64,000 nt of DNA from NCBI RefSeq assembly GCF_009914755.1, contig NC_060932.1. One strand, written 5' to 3'. The translations under genes were made by a program, and so were the position numbers. The DNA comes from the human T2T-CHM13v2.0 reference genome, Homo sapiens. Position 1 is the stretch's first letter, and every line of letters begins with the position of its first letter. Positions 46,856 to 60,296 of the stretch are shown here, in pieces. The notes below the pieces were generated by a model that saw nothing but the letters and a program-made list of their open reading frames with translations, was not told the DNA's origin and made no database searches.

Positions 46856-49800
46856 CTTATGACTTATGATTTCTCAAAGCCTGAAATGTGAAAACAGGTA
46901 TGGTCAATTTCTTAATGTGTAATATTGAAGGCTTTCTTCCCCAGATACATTTACCTATAATACTCTAGTGTGCTTTAGGTAGCTGATAGATTTACTGATT
47001 CAATTAGTAGCTCACAGGTTAGGTGAGCAATCAGCCCGCAAGTGAGAAGAATAAGGAGGTGGAATCATAAGGACCTCTGGAAGAGATATGAGGAAAGAAA
47101 GCACATTTTCTTAGTCTGCAATGCCTGCTTCCCTGGAGTGGCAGGCTGGTCTCTGAATTACGTTCAATAATCTTTGTAGAAAAATGAAGTATGGCAAAAA
47201 AAATGTAAGAATGCAAACAGTTTTCTTTATTCTAATTATGACATGAGAAAAGGTGATCTCCAAAATTTATGAATTATTAACATGTTCTAATTCCTTTGGG
47301 AAGGGTAAAGGAAGGAAAGACATTAAACAATAGACTGATGGGTTTGTGAGCATGTTGAAAACAAAACAGCTAATATGTGACCTCAGAATCAAAATAAGCC
47401 ATGACAAAATGAGATTTTTCATTTTTTCCATAGGATTATTGGATCAAAACATAGAGGGATCATATAGTATTAAAAATTCTTAACTACAGGCAAATATATT
47501 ATAAAATATCTAGAAATAATATTGGAAACACAGGTTGCAAATGAATTCAGAACTGATTAAATATTTTAACCAAAGAATGCTGATTAAGGGATTCATAACA
47601 ATCTTAAGAAATCTGAAGACATTTGGGTAATACTGTTTCCTCATTATGAAATATATGTTGTCAGGAGTCTAATAAATACTTGGAAACAGAAGAATAGCTG
47701 GGGTTCATTTTCTCCTCTTCCTTTGCTCAATTTTCTATTCCCACTACGGTTTATTTTTCTGGTATATGCATTATCTGACTTGGAATTTTCCCAAAACTAA
47801 ATACAAGAATAGACACAAAATCTAAAGTGAAAGTCAGGACAAAAACATAACTGTAGTTAACAGACCTAGATCATAAGTAATGGTTTCCCCCTAGCTTCTC
47901 TCTCTCTCTACCCCATGACCAGGCAATTAGTATTGTTGCACAGTCATCTGGGCTTGGGTGCCACCTCATTTAGGAACCCTAATACTGAAGTGAATGATCT
48001 GTGTACATATGGACTCCTAAATTTTATTTAGCTTCCTGCCTCCAGATGTTTTCAGATAATTATTCCCATAACCTTACATTAGTGAACATTATGCCCCATT
48101 AACCAAATTTCCAAAGACATGTTTCTTATCAAGGCAAACACAAAACTGCATGTTCCATAAGACAATTATATATGGAACTCCAATGCACCTGCAATTCCGA
48201 CGTCCCACAAAGGAAGCCTCATTAAAAACAATACTTAGTTAAGTATATAAGCTATAGACTCATTAATTTCAGATAAGGTATGTAGTCATAAGGTCTAATT
48301 AAATATCTGAAAGAAAAAATTTAAAGCCACTCCTTTGTTACTTTGTTTAACTTATTTTACTTTTATCCTTTAACTGGCTCTGTAATATATCATTTCTATT
48401 TTATCACAATTACTTTAATATTAAAATTCAAACACTAGAGATATACTCATATTTTGAATAAACTTATATAATTACCAAATTAATAAAATGTTTATTCATC
48501 TGCTTAGTGATTTCTGCAGTATTGTGCACTTAAGAAATAATTAGTCTGTGCATTATATTTATTGAAATAAACTTGTATTATATTTTTTATTAATATATAA
48601 GGAGATGGGGGCGGCCTAAGTAGTGCTAAAATAAAGCAGTGGGACACCTTTACAATATGTCTTAAAAGAGGCACAGTTTGTCACTTTATCCTATCACCCT
48701 CATTTATATACCCTCAAGAATAGAATTACTTTAACAACTAAAGTTACTGTTACCAAAGGCCATATATTCAAATATGTATATTTTGTCTGGAAAATGAAAA
48801 ATTTCAAAGATATAGTATTCATTGACATATAGGCATGAATGATTTTACCAGATTAGCTACCCTTGGTCTTGAGAAGTAGAGGCCAATGCCATGCAAGAAT
48901 GGTCTTTAGGACCACAGCACAGAGCACTGTTAAGCGGAGCTGGCTTTGTAGAACTGCAGTGATTGATGTTAAACAAGGGCATAGGGTACTTGGAAAGAGA
49001 AGGAGCAAGCCAGCAAAGGTTGAAGATGACCAGCCAAACCGTCTCTTTCAGGTTTTAGTCTAGGTCCTCCAGGAAGGAAAATCTCTAGAATTCCCTGATT
49101 CTGCACTTCTATCTGTACAAATAATTGTGAATTTAATTAAATATTTCAGCCAGTCCATATTTCTGTTTGTAGGACACAAACAATGAGCATCTCTGAGGCA
49201 TTGGTATAATGATTCAGGATGTTTAAAAAATAATATAAATACTCCTTTGATACAACTTTTCAAAACATGATCACTAGTGTCTTTCCTTCAGACATAATTC
49301 TCATTACACCTGAGTTACAAAGACTGAGAGCTCTAATTTCTAAAGCGTGACATCCTTGTCCTGATATCACAGGCATCTACTTCAACTTACAATTTCCTCA
49401 AATGGATTAATTAATTATAAATTTATTAACATGAATTAACTAATAATGAACTCAAAATCAACAATGCATTTAATCATTTGAAATGTATATGTAGTATTAA
49501 ACCTAAGTGTTTTGTTAATCTATCCTTCAAGATTTGCACAACTCACTTTACATCAAACATTCATTCTTATTAAATTATCCCAGACTATTACAACATTCTC
49601 TAAGTTAAAAAAAAAAAGAGTCAATTAAAAAAAACATAAATTTGGAACCTGAGAATAATCCATAACCTTCTACTTTTTATACGTCCTATACCATCTGCAG
49701 TCAATTAAATGATTCCCAGGTGTTCACTTTAATTGCTTTAACGCAAGATTGCATGTCATTTTCAGGGTCTTTAAATATTTATTATAAAACCCTCATCTAC

Positions 49801-50159
49801 ATTTTTTCTCCATTCATTTAGGAACAAAAACATGTTTATCCTTAGCACTAACAAAAATAAGCCGATTGGACTTAAACTGTTTTGTGGATTAAATTTCATT
49901 GAAAAATAAAACTTTTTATATGCCATAACTTGATGAAAGAGTAAAAGCATAGCTAGGATGTTGATTTAGTTGTGCTCATTTACCTTCTTCATTTTAAATT
50001 TTTGCACAAAATACGTGCCTATGCTCTATGGCTAAGATGTCAAAACATCAAATCAGATGGCATTTTGTCAGGATAATTGAATATTGAGCAACGTAAGGAC
50101 CAGTAGATTCATCAACTGACTCCCTTCTCCAAAGGTAAAAAGTAGTTTTTCATTATTTA

Positions 50160-50520
50160 GACTTGGAACAGAAAAGAGTCATGGAGACAATCTAGCAAAA
50201 TAGACTCATTTCATACACAAGGCAACTAAATCCCAGAGACTTGGTCATGTGTATAGAGTAGTACACATGCAGTGTGAACAAAAAAATCACAATCACTAAC
50301 TTATACATAATGCATACTATGCTCCAGGAAGCGTTCCAATACCTTACTATATGTTAACATATTTAATTTTCACATCTACTATATGAGGTGAATACTCATA
50401 TTCCCCACAGAAACCTGGAACGGATGCCTGGAGTAATGTACATAAGGTCACATAGCGGGCAGTTGACAGATCTGGGATTTAGCAGTCTCCAAAATCCATG
50501 CCATTAATTGGTGAAGTATA
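50160..50520 (-). mobile_element. MIR fragments
   Basis: ctcatttcatacacaaggcaactaaatcccagaga and taaggtcacatagcgggcag..ctccaaaatccatg. Confidence 0.55.
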
Positions 50521-51112
50521 TGTCCTTCCTAAAAATAGTTTCTGAAGATATCATGATTTCCACATGAAAATGCTCTCCATGACATTTTTACATACTGTAT
50601 ACATCATATGATTGTCCCCACAATATTATTAGTGAAAATCTATATATTCCTACATGTTTTAATAATTTTAATTGAACATATATTCTTGTCTTCTTTCCTT
50701 CTTTTTTTTTTGGTGGTGGGGGGGGGGGGTGGTTACTCAAACATCTCTTAATAATCAAAGTGCCTTTCTAGTAAACATGTTTTGTGTTTGATATGGTACA
50801 ATTTTGGAATAACTTAAATTTGTGAAACACGAAAGAGTATCTACTGGTTAAAAAGTAAAGGAATATAGTTTCCCTTAAACATACGTGGTTGTACAAATTG
50901 CATACATTACTGAGATTTTATTTCAACGTGGTAAATGAATAGAAATTACTTTAAAAAATATATCCAGACTCAAATTATGTTGGAGTATATTGCATGAATT
51001 AAAATGCTGAGGTTTTAATCAGCCTATGTGTATGGACTGGGAAATCTTTTTTCTAAAAGGTGTCCTGACTCTGACTTTGCTTCCTAGTACTTTCCTTGCT
51101 TTGATTCTTTGG

Positions 51113-51116
<4 letters not shown>

Positions 51117-51160
<44 letters not shown>

Positions 51161-51180
51161 TGGGGAGAGAGAGGGGGAAA

Positions 51181-51212
<32 letters not shown>

Positions 51213-51252
51213 CACAGAGAGAGAGAGAGACAGAGACAGAGAGAGAGAGTGT
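51117..51252. repeat. Compound microsatellite: (GT)21 followed by a GA-rich tract
   Basis: Read directly from the sequence. Confidence 0.97.
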
Positions 51253-52549
51253 GTCTGTCTTGAATGTTGGAGGTGGGCAGAGGGGCACTGGCCCAGTTAA
51301 GAGTCTTAGGGAAGGTCTTCAGCCTTTTTTAAGGAATTTCATCAATATCAATTTCATCATGAGGTCATGTTATTTCAGAAACGAACAGGTCCAGCCACAG
51401 TCACTAATGTTTTGAGATCTCACCTCAATTGACCAATGGCAAACACAGGTCCAATTATGCATAATTTAAAGTGTATTTAAAAGACACACACACACCATGT
51501 CTTGCAGTTAAGTCTAGATTTTTTTTTTCTGAATTGAGTTGGACCAATAAACATGCTCTGTTCATTTGTCTCCCATCCACAATTATTTTACATAACTACC
51601 CTTTTTGTTATGAATCCAGCATTCTTTAAAGCATGTTGTCAGAGGATTACTAGGCTCAATGATTCTTTTAATGTAGAGTTGTTAAAAATAGGGCATATCA
51701 TCCAGATTTCTCCCTATTAAACAAAATGTACATTTTATTCAGCACATGTGAGAAAAACGTGTTTGTTTCTCATAAGATCATATGCGTTCTTTTAAAGCAC
51801 AATGGGATCATTTGGTTACATTTCCTTTTACCCCTTTATTACCAGGAACATCACTGTAGTTTAATTACTCTGTAAGATAGAGATGCCTTCTTATGAGTAA
51901 ACATTTACTAATAGAAACTTTAGATATATGTGTATCTTTTTATAAACTTATATAGTTTTAAAAAGGAAGTTATTTCACAACATGGATGCTATTATTAATA
52001 GATATTGACTCAAAAAATACAGGAAAACAAATTTTCAAAATTATTTACTTTCAGAATCCTAATGACCAATTTTCTAATCAAACAAATCTTCTTTCATCAT
52101 ATATATATATACATATATATTTAATTTCCATTTTTAAGTGTGTAGCTGATTGACACACTCTGAGAAGTGCAAATGAACAATCTTGAAACCTTTATTGTGG
52201 CCCATCTGATTATCATTATCTCTACTTCCTGACTTCATAAACCTTCTTGGACAAAGAAGGCAAGCACCTCAGATCTCTGAAGAAACCAGTCAACTCTGCT
52301 ACAAAAGCTGTTTACAACAGTTTCTATTGTTAAGTGATGTTAATTGCTCAAAGTGTAAAATATGAAAAAGGAAACTCATAATAAATACAAATATCACTTT
52401 GTTTAATTGCTTGCAAATGACATTCTTCCTTATTAACATATAGTCAGGCTTATTTAAGCCCTAAGTTTCAAGAATTACTGAGGAAAAACAGAAAATGAGA
52501 AATTAAAGATTATAATTAAGATTTTTATACAATTTGGTTATGCCACTGA

Positions 52550-52683
52550 TTTTGTTTTTTATTTTTTATTTTATTATTATTATATTTTAAGTTTTAGGGT
52601 ACAAGTGCACAATGTGCAGGTTAGTTACATATGTATACATGTGCCATGCTGGTGTGCTGCACCCATTAACTCGTCATTTAGCA
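52550..52683 (-). mobile_element. Short young L1PA 3'-terminal fragment
   Basis: ttttagggtacaagtgcacaatgtgcaggttagttacatatgtatacatgtgccatgctggtgtgctgcacccattaactcgtcatttagca with a T-rich tail. Confidence 0.92.
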
Positions 52684-53556
52684 GAATATCAAAGACAAGT
52701 AAATGATTCTGACAATAACAGCAAGGCTTCCCTAGGTGTTAGTTCATTCAGAATTCATTCTTCCAAATTTATTGAGCATTAAACAAGGATACCTATGATG
52801 AAATACAAGATCCTATTTAAAGCATAAGACTGTGGTTTTAAGCACACTCTAAAACTAAAATTTCAGAAGAATGACATTCAGTTTTTTAATACCCAATTCA
52901 CCTTAATGTTTTACTGGGATAATAATATAGATGTGGGATTGTGGAACTTCTTCTTGTTTATGACATAGGGCCCCATAAGTAGCCATAATAAGTATCTCAA
53001 AAGTCATTGGGACTAGAATTTAAATGAGGAATGCTAACAAAACGAACAAATAAACAAACAAAACACAAAACACAAAGCTAGCTCTACCAGTTAAGATTAT
53101 TCTTTTTCCAGTTTCTGAATTTATCCTCCTTTCATTTTTATCCTTCAGCTATAGACTGACAGCATAAGGCACATGAGAAAGGAAAATAAAATATTAGTTT
53201 TTAGCTATTACTTCATCAAAAATAAAAGATATTTTGTAATATAAGAAAAAGCAATATATAGCTTAATAACAGCCATGCTGGCTAAGATTTTTAAAGGAGA
53301 AATTATTTTACTGAAATCAACCTATACTTTGTAAACTACTTATAAATGTAGTTTAAAAATAGTATGTTAAATATCAATGTAATGTTATTGATAAATAAAA
53401 TATAATTATCCTCATGATATTGTGGGAAACAGTATTACATTTTCAGTGATCCAAATTACTACAGAATTATTATTAGTAGTGTTGTAAACAAAGTCTGTAT
53501 AAAAACTGCATAATATTTTATTTATACTACCATAAAGATTTTTATTCTATATAAAA

Positions 53557-53590
53557 TATATATATATATATATATATTCTATATATATAT
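53557..53590. repeat. (TA)n microsatellite
   Basis: Read directly from the sequence. Confidence 0.9.
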
Positions 53591-54979
53591 CTTTCCTGAG
53601 ATAATAAAACAAATTTCACAAAGATGGTGCATAATTTACATCCTTTGCCCACTTTTTTGATAGAAAGTCATGGAAAATATCATCATGTTATCAACATATA
53701 TGAATATATAACACACCTAAAGTCAAACACTTTTTTCACCTATAAAAGAAAAATAATATTCTGCTAAAAAACATAATAATTATAGATTAAATAGAAAATT
53801 TTGACCTGGAGAATGGTTCTGAGACTCGTTTAAGAAAGTTCTTGCTTTTTCTTCAAGGAGTCTGACCTCTTGGGATGTTGTACTTTCTTTAACCACTTCT
53901 CAACAACAATCTCATTCCTCTCTTTCAGCTTTATTCTAAGAAGAGAAATTTGGAGGAAGAAATCTTGAGTTCATCAATCTCCTCCAATGTTATGAAGGTC
54001 AAGAAAATTAGAATCCTAGACTTACTGGGGGAAATTGGATATTATTTGGTCAAATTCATAAAGCCTGGAACTTCATCAATTCACAGAAAATATCTGTCAA
54101 ATTGATTTTTCTACCTAAAGTTTTAAAATATTTAGATTTAGTTTTTGTTAGGCTTGAGCCAGAAACATATAAAATATTTCTCTTTTGCATTTATTGTATT
54201 AGAAATAATTTGATTTAAAATTCTATCAGTGAGTCAGGATTAGAATTAGTACATAGGATGGCCTAATCACTGGACTACATATATCCCTGTGAGTGGAATT
54301 AGTAGGAAGCTAGGCTTACAGAGAAAGAAAAAGGTGGGGTACAAGAGGAATGGATATTCGCTTTGCTGAAACTACTTACATATATTTTTGAGGAAAAATG
54401 GTACAATGAGAATAAAATATGGAAAATACTCAAATTGTTATGTTTTTAGAATTGACTATACCTTTCTAACAGAAATCGATGCATTCTATTGGTAGACAAT
54501 AGAATTGTTTTACTTAGAAAATGAAGAGTAACTGAAATTCTTTTCCCTAACTATTCAGTTTGTGTGCTAATTTTTTTAATATTGCAAAAATAGTATCATG
54601 ACTGTACTATAACCAAGGCCATACACATAAAAACTGAAAGAATAAGAAAAGAAATAGACAAGGAGGGTTAGAACAGCTACTTTATGTATACACAATTAAA
54701 ATTAGAGTCTTTAGAATTAAATTTTACTTTTCTACATTGCTTGATTCATTCAAGTATGTCTTCAAACTCTACATAAAGGTAAATTTATTCTTACATAATT
54801 GAAGAGTTTCTGAACATGGGATACACTTTCTGTGTTGTGTTTTGTAACGTATCTCTCAACAGTACCATAATTCAACCTTATCTAATATCACACAGATACA
54901 CTGAATAGAAAAGCATCATGAGATTTCTCCCATAATATCACTGTATTTGTAACTTAAATGATACCAATAATTACACTCA

Positions 54980-55190
54980 CCATCATCACAATAATAGATT
55001 CAATATACAATTCCCTACCGTGTGTAGACACTGACAACACCATACTTCTTATAACAGCATTCAAAATGTGTCATTATCCCCATTTTAGAGATGAGAAAAC
55101 GGAGTGTCCAAAAGATTAACTATTTTATTGGCACCCAACCAACTACTAAATAGCTCCCTGTGGCTTTGTTTCAAATATGAATACATTATC
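54980..55190 (-). mobile_element. MIR
   Basis: attatccccattttagagatgagaaaacggag matches the MIR core. Confidence 0.7.
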
Positions 55191-55605
55191 TCCTTTCACA
55201 CAGCCCTAGTCTTCTTTTGTTCTATGTTCACTAAAATATTCAAACCAGCAAAAATACATAAGTCATCAAAAATACACTCAAAGGACCAGGATATTAAATA
55301 GTTTTTAAGTGTAAGCCTCAGTAGAATAAATGCATTTCTCCGCACAACAAGCTGCTGTGTCATTAACTTAATAATTTGCTGCATTTAAAACTCAGCTTAA
55401 CATTTTTTTCTTTCTCCGTCCTCCTCTTGCTATTTTCTCTCATTTGGCAAATGCCAATATAACATTAAAATCAGTTTGGAACGGTAACTGAAAATACTAG
55501 CACACTAAATTCTTTATTTCCTGCAGGAAAGCATGCAGTGAAATGCAAACAGTATTTGCACTTCACGTAATCAAATGATTGCTTTGCTCTATAGGCGGGC
55601 ATTAA

Positions 55606-55950
<345 letters not shown>

Positions 55951-57359
55951 CTTAATTTACATTTTGACATTTCTACTAAGAACTTCTTTTTATATCAAGG
56001 ACTGAATGCAAAAGGCAGTTCTATCTGGCTGAAGAGTTCTCAACTTTAAGAAAATTAGGACATGGAAAATCTACTAAGGTTAGGCCCGTTTCCATAGGCC
56101 TATAGTTTCTGCAGTTCCAACATAACAGGAATGAAACAGCATGAATATTTAAGTGGATGGTTCTTGCTTCTGAATCAGTTCTATATCCATACACATATCT
56201 CTTTTATTTAATCTTGAATCCATTTGCTAATAGCACCCCTCTATAACTGCTATATCTCTAATTATCACAAAATATTATCCAGTTGTAGCAATTAATAGAT
56301 ATGTAATGACAAACTTTTATGATGTAAAGCAAAGCAATTTTTACAAATAAAACTATATTTTTAGAAAATTCATATATGCTAAAATGTCTCCTTTTTGGGT
56401 TCATCAAAACAAATATTTAAAAAAAACCTACAAATTAAGTACACAGAATCAAAATTCATGTTTCTAAAGCTCATATTTCAAATGTATTATTTTTGCATAA
56501 TTTAATTAGAAATATTGGAAATATACATTTGCATTTAAAGATGATTAATTTGTCATTAAAATGAGAATACCTCAGTCCTCAAAATTGTAATTTACTTTTC
56601 TCTTTCCCTCTTTCTCATTCTCTCTCTCTCTATATATATGTGTATGTATGTATAACTAGATAGAGATAAACAGATATGTAATGTTTATGGTAAGTAATTT
56701 CTCTGCAGAACCAATACAGTGTTACAAAAATAATTCAGAATCTACATGCATATCAAAACTTTAAATTACAAATTACTTCTTATTTGCCTTCTTATAAAAA
56801 TTGAGTCAAGGAATCAATCTTGTATTTTGATATAAATCTCCAAATTAAAATATTTATTTGCTATGAGAAAAAAATTAATACTTCACCATTAATTTATATT
56901 AACAACACATAAAGCCTATAAATCTTAAAATATAATTTCAACATCAAATATAGAAGTAATTGATAAATGTTAATATTTATTATACTCATGCAATTTCTAA
57001 TTTATATAAGCAGATACAATTTATTAGAAAATATTTCCCCTAGAAAAGGGATACACAGACCTAATGATGTTATCTCATGTTTCCTTAAGTTTATTTATTA
57101 TAATTTAACATATGCTATGAAAATATTTCTTAGAAAAATGGTGCATTTCATAATTCAAGAGTAATGACCAGCAAAATAAATGTAATTCAATCTCAAAATA
57201 ATACATTGGCAAGAGTAATAACTACTAAATACAGGAAACATGACTAGCCTATGACACGTCAAATCATGTGCAAGAAAATTGGGCTGTAATGGAATGTTGA
57301 GTTATGTATCAGGGAAATAACATACTTCCACTTTTCTCAATTAAAACAAGCACAGTAGG

Positions 57360-57458
57360 CCAGATGACCCCGATTGCTTGACCTCGTGATCTGCCCGCCT
57401 CAGCCTCCCAAAGTGCACTCCAGCCTGGTGACAGAGTGAGACTCTGTCTCAAAACAAC

Positions 57459-57490
<32 letters not shown>

Positions 57491-57523
57491 GAACCAAAAA
57501 CCAAAAACAACAACAAAAAAAAC
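57360..57523. mobile_element. 5'-inverted, internally deleted AluSc-like element
   Basis: Antisense left-arm piece (57360-57416) fused to a sense 3' end (57414-57450) and a (CAA)n tail. One TSD, CAAGCACAGTAGG, at 57347-57359 and 57524-57536. Confidence 0.9.
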
Positions 57524-57562
57524 CAAGCACAGTAGGAGCAATCTTTACCCCAAAACACTCAC

Positions 57563-57650
57563 CTATGGTCAGCTGTCCGGTTAACTGCCCCATGTGATTT
57601 CTTGCATTCACTGTGACATTCCTGTCAGACTGTAAGACCAGCGGACTATC
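57563..57650 (-). CDS. SGCZ: Internal 88-nt coding exon of zeta-sarcoglycan (extracellular domain, DSPLVLQSDRNVTVNARNHMGQLTGQLTIG)
   Basis: On the minus strand a U-rich tract ends ...gtgtttcccag|GATAGT and the donor is ATAG|gtgagt. The frame is open. The peptide matches the gamma/delta/zeta-sarcoglycan segment with the NVT glycosylation sequon and is specifically the SGCZ sequence as I recall it. Confidence 0.95.
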
Positions 57651-57959
57651 CTGGGAAACACGTATAAAATAAATAAATAGAAAATAGAAATATCGTCAAA
57701 TTTACAAAAAAATTATACTGCATTTGTTTGGATATTCTGAAAAATTTAATTTGTTTGCTCTATATTAGACAGTTAATTTAACGTCCCAATCATTGGTGGA
57801 CAATGTACAAAACTGAGAGCCTCATAATAATTACTTGACAGAATATTTCATTTTCATAAGTGGGTACTAACTATCAGATGCAAGCATTTCCAACCCTACT
57901 GATTGCTGCACATCAACGGTGTAGTAACCCTTTTCCTTTTTCTCTCCCAGTGTCCTCTA

Positions 57960-58330
57960 TGCCTGCCTGTGCAGATATTCCAGACGCTATCCCAATGGCA
58001 AAAGTCCCTTTTTAAGTTTAAGTTGCATCTTTCAGATCTCAGCTTAAATGCCACCTTCTCAAAATTGGCTCATCTAATCAGTGTAACTACAGAGTCTTTC
58101 AATCCTCAAACTCCCAATGTCCATTTAGTTTGTTTAAAGCACTTATCACAAAGCAATTTAATTTTACGTGTCTATCTGGGATTTTTTTGTTTGCTTGTTT
58201 ATTTAATTTTGTCACAAAAGGAAAGATCCAGGGACAGGAACCATGACAGCTGTGTCTATGCAGTTACGTCACTATTACTAAGCATGCTGCTGAAGGAAAT
58301 AATTTATGAAGTGTTGACTGAGTAGATAAA
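57960..58330 (+). mobile_element. L2 3' fragment
   Basis: ctttcagatctcagcttaaatgccaccttctc..aaagcacttatcaca..ccagggacaggaaccatg. Confidence 0.65.
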
Positions 58331-59219
58331 AAAATCTTCAGAGTAAAATTGATACTATAGTACCTTATTTTTCAATCTCATGGAAATGCTCTGTAAATCA
58401 TACAAGGATTTCACAAGGAAGTATATAGAATATCTGATTTTTGTAAATTCTCCTTTAGGACATAAAACTCTGGTAACGTGTTGACTTTTATTAGTAATTT
58501 AGCATTTAACAGTAAAACAGTTGATTGAAGGACAATAACACTGCCTTAACAGCTCACATATTAGGCTTCTGTCATACCTTCCACAGACAAGTAACATCCA
58601 AATCCCTACATTCTCATTTTAATGCTCTAAAACCTAAGTAGGGTGATCATTTACAAATCTCTATTAATTTATTCAATAAATATTCATTGCATACTCATTA
58701 TGTACAATATAATGTTCTGGGGGGGGACATTTCGGTGATCAAAAAATAGAACAAAACTTGCCCTCTTGGTGCTTGCATTGTGGATGCTGAAATACTATGA
58801 AAATCTCCTCCAATATCATCCTTACCATCTAGGCAGTATGTCACGTCTATGTCAATGTCAATATACAAGTGCTTTCATATGTAAGCTATATTAAAACTCT
58901 CAATATTAGGATTTGGAATTGGTGATTTGGAGATATATATGTATATATATAAAAATTCATATAAAATTTTTATTTCGACAGATTTAAAAGAAAAAAAAGT
59001 CTAGTTTTTTTTTCCATAGGTGTAACTACCTACAGACACTTATCTCCTAAAAGATCTAAAATATTTAAAATTAATTACATCATCCTAATCAAGTGATATA
59101 TCCAAATTCTGTTTAAAGTATAGTTCATGGACTAAAGATTGTTTGCAAACAGCTATCTTATACCCAATAAGAATACTACTGTCTCTTGATAATGACATAA
59201 AGATGATGGTTCATACATG

Positions 59220-59220
<1 letters not shown>

Positions 59221-59248
<28 letters not shown>
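59221..59248. repeat. (AC)14 microsatellite
   Basis: Read directly from the sequence. Confidence 0.95.
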
Positions 59249-59251
<3 letters not shown>

Positions 59252-59600
59252 TTCTATTCAATCTTGGCAAAATTCAATGTAAGTATGTTAAAAAGGAGCT
59301 TTGAATTAAACACATTTGAATATTTGAATGTAAGAAACAGGAAAAGTCTATGAAACATCTTGCAGTTCAAAAAATTGTGAAAAAACTATAGGTCAAAATT
59401 ATGTTCACTTTCTCTCAATATTTGTATGATATAGCATACATGAGTTTGGTTTAGAGTTTTAAAATATATGACACTATATGTTTTTATTTGAGTTACTAGA
59501 CATATTAAACATAAGCTTCTTATGTCAACAATAGAGTAAAACAGCATAAGCATTTGTATATATAATTTATAGACTATGTAAGTATATTATAAGAATTATT

Positions 59601-59922
<322 letters not shown>

Positions 59923-59993
59923 TTAGGTTGAGAAGGCAATGGATAGTTTACTTAATTTAAAAGAGAAATAGACTTGTTAGAATGGAAAGTTTA

Positions 59994-60296
59994 GTCCGGG
60001 CGTGGTGGCTGACACCTGCAATCTCGGCAGTTTGGAAGGCTGAGGTGGGAGGATCACCTGAGGCCAGGAGTTTGAAACCAGCCTGGCCAACATGGCCAAA
60101 CCCCATCTCTACTAAAAATACGAAAAATTAGCCAGGCATGGTGGTGGGCTCTTGTAATCCCAGCTACTCGGGAGGCTGAGGCAGGAGAATCACTTGAAGC
60201 TGGGAGGTGGAGGATTCAGTGAGCCCAGATTGCACCACTGCACTCCAGCCTGAGTGACAGAGCGAAACTCTGTGTCAAAAAAAAAAAAAAAAAAAG
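59994..60296 (+). mobile_element. AluS (Sx/Sz-like)
   Basis: Full dimer. TSD-like GAAAGTTTA. Confidence 0.95.

Noticed and set aside
50945-51300. Possible internal minus-strand first exon beside the microsatellite
   Set aside because: The donor (AAA|gtaatt) is weak, and there is no CpG island or clear core promoter.
55396-55490. Plus-strand 9-nt microexon-like pattern (cttaac branch point, long pyrimidine tract, ag|TTTGGAACG|gtaact)
   Set aside because: It is antisense to the identified SGCZ exon, the donor is mediocre, and nothing else supports a plus-strand gene.
57903-58325. 140-aa plus-strand ORF
   Set aside because: It lies within an L2 fragment, starts at TTG and has no recognisable domain.
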